DNA of 64,000 nt from Lama glama (Eukaryota), in NCBI GenBank assembly GCA_028534125.1, contig CM052819.1, positions 70,184,001 to 70,248,000 on the forward strand, in the 5' to 3' direction. Each line of letters begins with the position of its first letter. Position 1 is the first letter of the stretch. Position numbers and translations under genes: made by a program. Positions 1 through 11,680 of the stretch are shown here, piece after piece. Under the pieces are notes generated by a model. That model saw only the letters and a list, made by a program, of their open reading frames with translations, searched no databases and had not been told where the DNA came from.

Positions 1-1434
1 CCCAAATTCTTAATAAAGACACGGATGCTTTGGATGAGATTTGCAATTTATTCCTTTGATTACCAATAAGATAAACTCTAGCAAAGTTGGTGCCCTTTTC
101 AATTAAATAACAGTTATTTAGACAAATGTTCAAGTCAGATGGTAAAATATGCACTTAATTTAATGAGGTACTTTAAAGGTAATGCATGAAATCTTAACCC
201 TTAACCTAAAGACACTATGAAGTGAAGTGTCCAGCATTTATTTACCCATGATTTTAATTTTGGGTCATCATGTGGTATAAACCAATGAAGTAACCAAACA
301 CATACACACACACTTGTTTTTCTATTCACAGAAGGACAAATGGGGTATGATGAGATACTGGCAATCAGAACAGAATGATTAAGGGCATTGTTGGGGAGCT
401 CCAAGACTGTAACATTCATTTGATCATAACGTAGAGAACTGCTGTTAATTTTTGGCTAAATTCCAGAATGCAGAGAAATGTCATTTTCATTCTTTTGAGA
501 AATGAAATTACTTTGGAGTGCATCAGAAACCCTAAATAATGAAAACAGAAATACCCTAGAGCCCAAGCTGTTAGATTTATGAGCGCCTTACTGTGGATTA
601 TAAAGGAAGGATAAGATTTTGATAATTAGGAAACATACAGATAGAAGGAGAATTTCTCTAAGATAGATGCTGTCTCGGGACAATGGTCTGCATTTCCTTT
701 CTTTTCCATTGTACAGGCAGTCTTCTCGACTTTCCACAGAAACCGTGGACACAGGCCAAAATGAAGTGTTTGTTGGTAAAATACTCACTGAGAAAAAGAA
801 CACAATTGTTGTCAAGTGATAGTGGGAACTGCTCAAGATCAAGGACTGAAGTGCCAAGATCTGACGTGAACGTGCCTCAGTGTGAGAGTGGACAGGTACC
901 TCAACTACAACACACAGCAGCCTTATGTGACCGAAAAAGAGAAAAAGTAAGGCATAGTGAGAGAAAATAAGAACTAGTGATGAGGCACAAAGACTCTAAA
1001 ACAGCACTGCCTTACATCAAATGCAGTACTGCCCCATGCCACTGTGTAACCTTAAGCAAGTCATTTAACCATCGTCTGCCATAGCTTTTCTCCAAGGTAA
1101 AATATGTACAGTACAGGCATCTACTTCAGAGATGAACTGTGAGAACAAAACAGAACCCAACACAGGGTCACATCACGTGACTTCAAAAATTCGGAGCTAC
1201 TGCCTCCCTCGGATGGCAGCTCCATTTGAATATTACTTCATTGAAATTTCTAACTTTACAGGGTGAGATTGTGAACCTGATTGTGTCTGCTTTTTCTTTT
1301 GCTTTTAAGTTAACATACCTGAGTTGCTGAAAGGGGTTCAGACATCAAGAAAATATAAAGTCCAAAGTTGCCACTAGCTATACACATTCTCTTGCAAAAT
1401 CAATTTCCTCATTTGTAAGATATGGAAGTTTGAA

Positions 1435-1620
1435 ACCCATGTTTGAAGCCAGGGGTACACTGCAGAATCACCAGTGGAACTTAAAAAAGATGCAATGCTG
1501 AAACCCCATCTCTGTCCAATTGCATCTGAACCTAGGGTCAGAGCTGAGGCAATCAGGAGTACCAGGCATACGTGTATGTTAAGAATATTCATTAATTGTA
1601 TTTTCATTACAAACCACTGT
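1435..1620. mobile_element. Degenerate MER5-family relic
   Basis: cagaatcacc.gtggaacttaaaaaa...atgctg..acccca...ccaatt.catctgaa...aaaccactg. Confidence 0.5.
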
Positions 1621-2256
1621 TAGATGATTGTAAGGTTGATACTAATCTGTATTATTTTAAGACTGATAATCTTTAAACACTGTCTAAATCACTTTTAAAG
1701 TAATCCTGATATTTTGTCTAATCATTTTTAAGAAATTCAAGGCAAAATAATGATGAATTTTTCTCTGAACTGGATTCTTCTACAGAACGAAGTGACCTAA
1801 ATAGAACAGAGAAGCAGTGACAACAAGGTGGCTCTAACTCAGCAGCAGTGTCCCTGCTGGCCAGACCTGTCACTGCAGAGACACCAGGCCATCTCTGCAG
1901 GACGGAAGAGCCACTGTAACTTATTTCCACCATCCTAAGCCAAATGGTTGACTTTTAGGCACTATGGACTTTTAAAAAAATCTACCTAAGCATTGAAAAA
2001 AAAAATCAAACAATTGAATTCAGATTATTGACTGAGAAAAATAAGGGGATACGTGTGAAATCACTCCAAGCCATGTCCCTAGTATTGACAATGTAGTCAC
2101 GCTGAACTGAAGGCAAAATGTGGTGAGCCTGATTCGGGGGGCATGTCTCTCCTGTTATAGGAATTACATGCCCAGCTGAAATGAGCACCAGGAACACACT
2201 GTATCTTCTCCCAGTGAAAGTCAGTGAACAGTGAAGGTCTTTTTTCTACCACTTAC

Positions 2257-2374
2257 TTTGATTTCTTAATGTACAGCCAGTAGACAACACCGGCAACGAG
2301 GGCGGCGAGGAGGAGACCGACAACGATTCCCACGATTAGCTTCGCCTGGTCATTCACCTTTTCTTTGTTCTCAT
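2257..2374 (-). CDS. ALCAM: ALCAM exon 14 (stalk, transmembrane helix, juxtamembrane basic motif)
   Basis: 118 nt, (D)ENKEKVNDQAKLIVGIVVGLLLAALVAGVVYWLYIKKS(K); ttgtag| acceptor, |gtaagt donor; phase 1 to 2. Confidence 0.98.
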
Positions 2375-3059
2375 CTACAACAAAGAAGAAAAGCCCGTGC
2401 AATTACAGACAACGCCAAGGATTTCTGAAAAGAAGTCAATCTTAATTATTACTTCTTATTAAAAATGACTAAGGCTCACTACTGAGAGTAACATGCAAAC
2501 TTGTGCTTTTAAAGGATTAACGTTTTAGCACTGTTACTATCTTGTCTCAGTTGCTATTTTAATTTGAGTCAAAATTGCGGCAGCTAAGAAAATTNNNNNN
2601 NNNNNNNNNNNNNNNNNNNNNNNNNNNNNNNNNNNNNNNNNNNNNNNNNNNNNNNNNNNNNNNNNNNNNNNNNNNNNNNNNNNNNNNNNNNNNNNNNNNN
2701 NNNNNNNNNNNNNNNNNNNNNNNNNNNNNNNNNNNNNNNNNNNNNNNNNNNNNNNNNNNNNNNNNNNNNNNNNNNNNNNNNNNNNNNNNNNNNNNNNNNN
2801 NNNNNNNNNNNNNNCTACGGCTAAGGGTAGAAAAAAATTTACATTTAATAGAGCGTGAACTTCCCTACAAAGAAATTAATCTTGTTTTAAAGAAAGGAGA
2901 GTAGTTAAAACTGCAGATGTATTAACCTACCATAGAAAATTTCACAACTGACAAGCTATAGTGTTAATCTGAAATCCATATTAATTTTCCCACTATCTAC
3001 CACCTCCTAATAGGACTTTTTTGAGAGAAGCAAGTTGCAACATATGAAATCTACAATGT

Positions 3060-3480
3060 AGTATTTCTCAACTTTTCTCCAATCTTCCTGCCTCAGTGGA
3101 GAATTCATCTTCATCCTCTAGTGTCAGGGACTTACCACTAGAGACACTGTCAAAGTGGGTGGGGTGGAGGTTAAAACTGGGGATGTTGCAGACAACATAT
3201 ATGATGCTTGTATAAGCCCCCCAAATGACTCTGATAGTTCCATGTTCTTGGCCACTTTAAGATTTGCCACTCTGATGGATTAGGATACAATATTAAACTA
3301 AATAAATATTCTTCTATGCAAAAAGGCTTGCATCAGAACTTTACCAGTGATGTTTGTTAAATGCCAATTCCTAACCCCTCTTCATACATACTATGTTAGA
3401 ATTTCAGGAGGTGCTCGTTGAATTTGAAAATGACAGTATTAAATGCTGATCATGCCACCGCATGGTCTAGAGAACCACTA
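3060..3480. mobile_element. Two adjacent degenerate MER5/Charlie relics
   Basis: tttctcaactt...aagccccccaaatgactctgat (about 3060-3275) and tgcatcagaa...ttgttaaatgccaattcct...gagaaccact (about 3325-3480). Confidence 0.45.
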
Positions 3481-4687
3481 TTCAACAAGCTAGAATATAA
3501 AGAGAGACGTGTTCAGGAAGAAAGGATAAGTTCTCTTTCTTGGGAGGACAAATCAATACTCGCTGAATTGAATTCAGAGAAGTCAATGCTCCTATTTTAG
3601 AGTTAAATTTGTTTGGTTTTTTCCTCCTGTCAATCCAACATGTTTTTATATTCTAGTCATATTGTGTTAAGGACTATTATCTTTAGACAATCATTTTTTC
3701 CTAGCTCCCACTAATTCCTAGCCAGTATATCTCTATACTGTGTCACATACAGGATTTCCACGAACTGAAGAATAGAAGTTTGGAGGGTCAGTTAGCATCC
3801 TGTCCGGCACTGAGTGTCAGTCTAGGCTAGCCCTGATTTATGGCTGGCATGGCAATAGGAAGTATTACAAAATTGAAGATGAGAGATAATTTCAAATTAA
3901 ATGAAACTGTTTTCAGAAGAAACTCCTATTGGTATCCATACTTTGATTTTAGCACCGACAAATTTTTTTATTACTTTCTCTGAGATAATCTCATTTGTTT
4001 CATTTTTTAATCTATGATTCAAACATAATATTCAAAAGCATCAACTTTTGAAACTAGAATTAATAAATTCTAATATCAGTTTTGCTATCAATTTGCTGAA
4101 TGACTTTAAGCATGTGGCATTCCTATACAAAATAAGAACAGGATAAATACTACAAAGAGTTCAAATGCAAAATAGTAGGTTAAAGGGAATTAAACATTTT
4201 TTCAAACTTAAAACTGTTACATAAATGTTTTAATATACTCTTTGAATTATCTATACTCTGAACATAAAACTTGGATTAAATAAGAACTCAGGTCTCATCC
4301 TCTGTTGATCTTGGGCAATATTCCTGTACAAGATAAAATCTCTGACTCATAACACATGAAATGATTTAACTGTCAAGACAAGGATTGCACAATGGACACC
4401 AGGAAAAANNNNNNNNNNNNNNNNNNNNNNNNNNNNNNNNNNNNNNNNNNNNNNNNNNNNNNNNNNNNNNNNNNNNNNNNNNNNNNNNNNNNNNNNNNNN
4501 NNNNNNNNNNNNNNNNNNNNNNNNNNNNNNNNNNNNNNNNNNNNNNNNNNNNNNNNNNNNNNNNNNNNNNNNNNNNNNNNNNNNNNNNNNNNNNNNNNNN
4601 NNNNNNNNNNNNNNNNNNNNNNNNNNNNNNNNNNNNNNNNNNNNNNNNNNNNNNNNNNNNNNNNNNNNNNNNNNNNNNNNNNNNNNN

Positions 4688-4698
4688 GATTCCTCTGT
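4688..4698 (-). CDS. ALCAM: ALCAM exon 12, visible 5' 11 nt only (rest in N gap 4409-4687; expected end about 4566 if 133 nt)
   Basis: Pyrimidine tract then ttttcag|ACA GAG GAA TC = T-E-E-S, the expected start of exon 12 (TEESPYINGR...). Confidence 0.9.
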
Positions 4699-6507
4699 CT
4701 GAAAACAGAAAAGGAAAATAGATTTAGAAATGGAAATGAACTGAAAACATGGGAAAGAGTAATAGTGAGTGAAATAGGGTAGATGCGGCGTTCTGTCATG
4801 CGAGCTGGCATTCAAGGGTACACGTGAGGTTATAGGTAAGGTCAGCTGAGGTTTATAACTACAACAGGGAGGAAAAAGAATAATGAAGCCATAATTGGAT
4901 TTCTGTTTATGCTTCTATTGTTAATTCTAATAATTAAATTAATTAAACTCTTTCAAATAGATGCTCAGGTTAGTTAATATTTTGGCATGTAGTACCTGTC
5001 TCAAAATAATTAATTAGTGACTAACTTGTCACCAGTTTTCTCCTAATAAACTTATGAATTCAATTCTACTTGTCAACTGTGTCATTGTTCTTCACCGCAG
5101 GGGTGAATTCCTTTATCTGAAACCGTGATATCTAAGTGCACAGGCAGGCCTGATTTTTCCATGGGAAAAATCGGACTATTTTTTCCGTAATTTTCTTGAG
5201 TTAAATACAGAGGATGGGTTCTTTTTGAGTGACTGGTAAGTTCATTCGGCTTTTGTGAACTATTAATGAGGACAATCACTGCCATTTAATTCCTGCAAAC
5301 CCAAGAGACAATTCACTGTAATCTCTCCGCCAGGACTCGACTCCTCAGCCCACCTCCACTAACGCAAGCACGCACTTTCATTCCTTTTTCAGTCATATTG
5401 CACGCACCACATCCTGTATTGTCCTCTGCTTTCTCCTCAACTGCGTTGTACAGGCCTTGAGGACAGGAGAGAGCATCCCGCTTAGGGATACCCGGGGCAG
5501 GGGCGGGGCAGAAGTATCAGTAGTTGTGAAATAATAGATTCACCATGTGATTGAGGAGGCAACAAATAAAAGATTATAGATGGATCAGCACAAACCTAGG
5601 ACAAGAAAAATAACATATCACCTAGTGGGCCAGAATCAATCCTTCTCCTTGACAATGAAGAATGGCATTATTATTTTTATCCAGAGTAAGTTCACCTGCC
5701 ATTTTTCCACTTTCCACTAGTATTTTTCATATGACTTTCTCACGAGTTTTTGTTTTTGTTACTTTTATCCCTACAAAATATATGCTCATTTCTAGGATGG
5801 CCTTTTAAATCTTTGAATCTTTTCATTGATTGATTATTTATTTTTCTATTTTCTCCGTTTTCATTACCAATACGAAAAGGTTCTCTTTTGCTGTAATTAT
5901 TACTTCTTTGAACTAGATAGCAAAAAGAATAGAGGAGAAGAGAAACAGTCATGTTTGATGCTAAAAAATAGATCTGTACATTGTTAGCAATTCAGGTGGT
6001 TCAGGTCTTTATTCTAACTCAAGAAAACTGCATTTCCTTGGTGTTAAGGGGCCTTCTCACCCTGCTCATGCATGTTCTGTGGCTTGTGTGTCCCCATCAC
6101 ACATGACCAAATCAGGAGGCATTTGCTTCAGGTGTGTCCACTCCTTTGGGGACCTTCCATCCCTGGAGTTATGCAAATACATCTCCCCACCCATAGGTGA
6201 AAGAGCCAAAATTCACCTTGCTCTGCAAAGCTGCACTGTATAAGCTGGACCAGTGGCCCAACTTCCCTGGACAGAGAAAGAGTGGGCATTTTAACTTGAA
6301 ATTGCAACTCTGGTTTAGGCATGACTTCTCAGATATCAACTGGGTCCAAAGCTGGGAAGAAGGCAGCACAGAAGATTCAAATAACCAAATGGCACCTCTA
6401 GGTGTTCCTGAAGAGTTTTTAAGTGGCTCCACTGAGAATAAGGTCATGAAGACTGTTGTAGGGAAAATGGAATTAATAAGTATGTCAGTACCCTGAGCTG
6501 ATTGGCA

Positions 6508-7030
6508 ATTTTTTTCCTTTTTCTTTTTATTGAAGTATAGTCAGTTACAATATGTCAGTCTCTGGTGTACTGCATGATGTCCCAGTCATGCACATACATA
6601 CATATATTCATTTTCATACTCTTTTTCATTAAAGGTTATTACAAGATATTGAATATAGTTTCCTGTGCTATAGAGAAGAAATTTGTTATTTTAAATCTAG
6701 TTTTATATAGCCACTAGGCTAATATTTGCAAATCTCAAACTCCCCAATTTTTCCCTTCCCACCCCTTTACCCCCAGTAACCATAAGATTGTTTACTATGT
6801 CTGCGAGTCTGTTTCTGTTTTGTAGATGAGTTCATTAGTGTCTTTTNNNNNNNNNNNNNNNNNNNNNNNNNNNNNNNNNNNNNNNNNNNNNNNNNNNNNN
6901 NNNNNNNNNNNNNNNNNNNNNNNNNNNNNNNNNNNNNNNNNNNNNNNNNNNNNNNNNNNNNNNNNNNNNNNNNNNTTAAATTGCTGAGTAGTATTCCGTT
7001 GTATATATATACCACAACTTTTTTATTGAC
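6508..7030 (-). mobile_element. Young L1 3' end fragment, sense to ALCAM, in intron 11 (contains N gap 6847-6975)
   Basis: T-rich tail then ttattgaagtatagtcagttacaat..., ggttattacaagatattgaatatagtt, gtctgtttctgttttg, tagtattcc: the reverse complement of an L1 3' UTR similar to that at 36250-36720. Confidence 0.88.
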
Positions 7031-7756
7031 CAGCAATTTAATGGGATTACAGCTCTGAACAGTTAGTTATAGGCCAGATTCTCATTTTTTTCTTTTTCTT
7101 TTTCTTTTTCTTTTTTTTTTTTGTCAAAAAGAAAATTACTGGTAGTGTTCATGAGTTCTTAGCCCTTTACTACCACTAAAATGTTGTGACAGAGGTACAA
7201 ATATTACTGTTTGGTTCATGCATACTTTGTTCAGCAGGAACCATCCTAGACACTGCATATTTGGCTAGCCTTACTCTGGCCTGGGCCCTGGCACACACCA
7301 GTCAGACCATATGTTCACAGTGACTATGTTCTTCCCCACACCCCAGAGCCCAGTTTCAGGATTAAATGTCCCTTAATGTGTATAAGTGAGCAAAGTATAA
7401 GTGAGGACACTTATGTTCAGATGTGGAAGTTCATGAGGTAGGAAAGTGTACACCATAATGTTTTCATCACTCTAGTTTCAGTAATTAATGACCATGGAAC
7501 AACACCTAATTTATATTCTTTAAAAAACAGACATTGACCACAACATAAGGATTCTTCCGTTTGCCATGGCCCTAGTATTTTAAGTCTCTCTTTGAGCCAT
7601 GGTCTTCCTTTGGGAAAATTAGGAAGTTAGTAAGAGCTTCTTCTGAGAATGTACTGTAGATCTCATGTTGATAACAAGCTAGCCTACAGTTTAGGTAAGT
7701 AAATAAAACCGCACGTTGGACTAAGCACAGCACGTAACAAAAAGACAAATACTTGC

Positions 7757-7890
7757 TTGGTTTATGACGCTTCCGCTGCCAGTAATTGTCCATTGTATAG
7801 CTGGTTTCGGAAAACCTTCCACGTGACAGATTATTGTTTTAGACAGTCCACTGGGATCAGTTTTCTTTGTCATTTTGATTTGAGGTTTTC
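7757..7890 (-). CDS. ALCAM: ALCAM exon 11 (Ig domain 5, first half); non-canonical GC donor
   Basis: 134 nt, (G)KPQIKMTKKTDPSGLSKTIICHVEGFPKPAIQWTITGSGSVINQ; ttgtag| acceptor; donor CAA|GCAAGT at the position that joins in phase 0 to exon 12 (TEES). Confidence 0.96.
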
Positions 7891-7994
7891 CTACAATGTC
7901 ATTACAATTAAAAGAAGATGTGGAACCCAGATCATGAAAGCAGATTTTAAATTCTCAAAGAAAAATTTGAATTGGTGCTCACGTATTTTATTAC

Positions 7995-8130
7995 CTTCTA
8001 CAATCAGAGTCAATGACTCTCTTTTCTTTAGTCCTTCAACCTCCTGCAGAGCAGTTTCACAGACATAGTTTCCAGCATCCTGATAATGGAGACTAGAAAA
8101 TGATGGGCTGGATCGAAGCTTGATGTTATC
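7995..8130 (-). CDS. ALCAM: ALCAM exon 10 (Ig domain 4, second half)
   Basis: 136 nt, DNIKLRSSPSFSSLHYQDAGNYVCETALQEVEGLKKRESLTLIVE(G), inside ORF 7891..8181; atcag| acceptor, |gtaata donor, followed by a 104-nt intron. Confidence 0.98.
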
Positions 8131-10150
8131 CTGATTAAATAAAAAGTTAATTACTTCACATGGCACAATTATAACTCTCACTGTATTTATTATATAATAA
8201 TTAAGTCTGAAATTATTCTTTTGGGTCTAATGAAAATGAAAGCTTCTTTTACTTAACTTCAGATGCTTTCAAAAATAGATTTCTTTTTTACTTTGTACTT
8301 TGAGAGTTAGACATAACAGAGTTTTATTTCTGACTCTTCCATTTAATGAATTTATAACTTGGAACAAATTTGTAAACTTCTGAGATTTTTATTCCTTTAT
8401 TTGTAAAATAATATAACGTGTTTACATTAAGGAAAGTTCTCTGTTGACAGCACCTACTCCTTGTAGTAAATGTAGATGAACTTGGATTGACAGACATTGG
8501 AGACTTGTGCTACATAATCAATGATGGGTATAAATACCTGAAAGTCACTTTATATGAGACAGTTATCAAGACAGGGGCTCCATTACAGAGCCATGGCAAT
8601 TAGGACAAAAATGCTTTTTAAAGAAACCTTTAACAACAGGTTATTATCCTAATTTCTATGAAAAAAATGAAATGCAACATTTAATTATGAAAATCATTTG
8701 ATAAACAAAAAATAATGCTGTTTTACCAGGAATTGAAATGCTCCTAAGAAGATAACTAAACACAATTCTGAGATTATGTGCTCTATGTCCACTATGATTT
8801 CTTCTCCATTTCCATCAACTAACCAAAGGCTGGGCAATACTGATCAGCACTACTGACATTAGATATTCAATTAACAACAGTGACTTCAGCTGATGTGCAA
8901 ATTGGTTTAGCCAAGTAAACTGTTTCTCTAGTTTTATAATAAACACACTCTGAGTGTTCTTATGCCTAGAATTTGTCTAGCCTTCTGACCACTAACTACT
9001 ATAAATATATCATGTTAAATATGCACCCCATGGAGTGACACTTTAATTATGACTGAATAAGAAGTTGTGATGAGGCTGTGGTTAAAAGAACATGAAGTAA
9101 GAAACTGAGGCTTAAGAGTAAATTAACAAGTAACAGAGGACCCAGCATTAAAAGAGATCAAAAGGCAATACAAGATCATTTATACTTTCATCAAGAAGAA
9201 ACTCTAGCAATGAATTTCTCCACAATCGTTTATGAAGATAATTCTTGTCAACCCCCATTTCAGGCAGTTTGTATATGTTTTGTCAAGACATCACTGGTTA
9301 AGTGTTTCTGTTACATGCCGTGTTCCCGTAATAAATGGACTGGGTGTTTAGATATGCTCGCCAAGAGTCTGAGTGAAGGGAAACATAGTTACAGCCAGGC
9401 CCTTTGGTGATAATCTTGTCTCAGATCACCCATTACCAAGCCATACTTTCTCACTCTAAAAAGACAGCAATGGGTTCCCAGGTAATGCCCTACATTTCAG
9501 ATGATTACAAGACCATACGCTCTCACCCAGGAAATACAGACTAAGCGCCTACTATGTTCCGGGTGTTCTACTATGCCCCAGGGGTGAAAAGAGATCCCTA
9601 CCTTCGAGGAGCTACTATTTCAGTGGAACCCACATTCAGACACTTAAGATCAGTTTCAGTAAAAAGGCAGAAAGTTATGTGACTAGAACACAGCATATTT
9701 CTGCTCGGTGAGGCCCGAGCTCAAGTTTCCACTCTGTCACTTATGAGCTTTCTGATTTCTCTTCCTCAGCTTCTTTTGAATAATAAATTGTCCCATGTAA
9801 ACACACTAACATTGTGTTTACAACACTGTAGGTCAAAACACATTGAAAATTGTTAACCCCTAAAGTATATAACTATATATCCATACAAGACAATATTACT
9901 TAGTAGCTACACATAATTAAATTAATGCCCCAAATGAAGTTTCAGAGCATCAATTATGAATGCCATACCGATACTGCATACCTCTAAGATTCTGCCGTGA
10001 TATGATTTGTATTACTATACATGGAGTATGAGTATGGGTGTATAAACATACTACACATGAATATACATATTTGGATATAGTACATGATGCAAAAGAAGCT
10101 AAAAAGGAATCAGTCCAAACAGTGGAGTATTATCAGGGACTATTACTCAC

Positions 10151-10263
10151 TTTCATCCATACCACAGTCGCGTTCCTACTAGCAGATATTGTGCATGACA
10201 CAGGCAGGGCATCGCCGATCTGCTTGGTCACTTCCCCACTTGGGTTTAAGGACAAATCCAAAT
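10151..10263 (-). CDS. ALCAM: ALCAM exon 9 (Ig domain 4, first half)
   Basis: 113 nt, (Y)LDLSLNPSGEVTKQIGDALPVSCTISASRNATVVWMK; cacag| acceptor, |gtgagt donor. Confidence 0.97.
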
Positions 10264-10944
10264 CTGTGAAGCAGAAGATCTGCTTGAAATGCAAACTCCA
10301 GAAAGTAAGACAGGCAAAATATTTTGGAGGAAAAATAAAGATGAAAGAAAAAAAATCATTCCAACTGCACTTGAAATTCAGAAGTGATTTATGTGACTGA
10401 AATAACTCAACTGTAGCATAATCAGTCTAGTTTTTCAAGCCAGCTTTGAGACCACTTTGGACAAGTGAACGGTCAGTCTAATTGATTATACATTTATTTG
10501 CAGTTAACATGATTGATGTTTGGACTGCATGTAAATATTCACCTGGGGTCTATTACTTTAAGAAAAAAATTCTTAAATCACTTCTGGAAGAAAATAAAGA
10601 AAGATGATGACTAGGTAAATATTATAAAAAGAGTTGATAAGGCATACTACAGGAAAATCAAGTCTATTTAGACAGCAGGTGATAAACTGGAAAACCATGA
10701 AGTAGTCTCTGTGTTTCTTCAGAGAGAACTGACTATAGCAGCTAGATATTTTTCAAAAATGCTATCCCATTTCTCATGCAGTTGAAATTTTAAGTCAGAT
10801 TTATTGTTAAGTACACTGTCAGCAGATAATCACTTAAAAAACAGAATATAAACATATCTAAGGAGGTATAATCTTTCAGATGGAAAGTAATTTCTATAAA
10901 AATCTTACTGTCATAGTATGATCTATATGAGGAGAGTTCAGTTT

Positions 10945-11680
10945 AATAGAACAAACACCTATTGTACAACTATGTCCCAAGCACTGACAGGAGATGAATA
11001 ACGAGCCTACAATTTATAATCTGAGGTAGCGGTAACACGCACTTAACTATGTGACAATACTACGCAGCAGCATGAAATCAGCACCTCGCAGCGAATGTGC
11101 TATAGATCAGGAACTCAGTAAATGTCTGCTGAAAAGCTAGAGGAAGGGCTACAGACAAGAGGTATGAACAAGGGCTTATGGGAGTGCAGGCTGGGTTTCA
11201 GGGCAGCAATGAAGGCTCTGTAAGGGAGGCACCATTTGTCTGTGGCTCCTAAGGGTTAAGAAGGGCTTGGATAAGAGGAGATGTCAGGAGAACTTCTCCA
11301 CGTAAGCAAAGGCAAAGAGATGAGAGCGCGTGGCAGATTTCACAAAGGTGAGCAATCTGGTGTGAATGGTTAGAGCACAAGGAAGATAAACCGATACAAG
11401 TAATAAAGGCCAGACTATACAGGCTGGCGCTTGCCTTACTAAGAGTTGGGACTTTATCCTATGGCAGTGGGGATTTGCTGTCGCACCCTGTGCTTCCCCT
11501 TGGTTTTATGTTACAATGGCAGTTTGTTGATTGTCTGCAACATTATTTTTAATGTTCTTTCTCTCTGCTAGGCTGTCAGCATCATGAGGGTAGGGACTAT
11601 GACTTGAGTTGTCACTGTGTCTCCACAGTGTCTGCCACATTGTAGGCCCTCAAAAACTACTGTTGGATGGATGAAGGGAA
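10945..11680. mobile_element. L2 fragments in opposite orientations (minus about 10945-11475; plus-strand 3' end about 11510-11680)
   Basis: Antisense L2 (aagagttgggactttatcctatggcagtgggg) and a sense L2 tail (catgagggtagggactatg...cactgtgtctccacagtgtctgccacattgtagg..ctcaaaaa..tgttggatggatgaa). Confidence 0.65.

Noticed and set aside
2097-2252. About 50 open codons following the TAA in the exon 14 donor
   Set aside because: Blocked by the in-frame stop, no recognisable similarity, and a length within chance expectation.
4347-4815. ORFs spanning N runs (also 2575, 6767, 48925, 49018, 53198-53534)
   Set aside because: Their length comes from X residues in gaps; only TEES at 4688-4698 is real coding sequence.
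7693-7701. U1-like ACUUACCU in the pre-mRNA about 55 nt downstream of the GC donor
   Set aside because: Only about 5 contiguous pairs with the donor are possible, and an 8-mer like this is expected by chance in a window this size.
10038-10400. Plus-strand ORFs overlapping exon 9 (and 7757..8068 over exons 10-11) as antisense genes
   Set aside because: Antisense shadows of coding exons with no recognisable protein features.
10945-11680. Inverted L2 pair as a miR-28/151-type hairpin source
   Set aside because: The 3' tails point away from each other and are about 700 nt apart, unlike the tail-to-tail junctions that yield those miRNAs.
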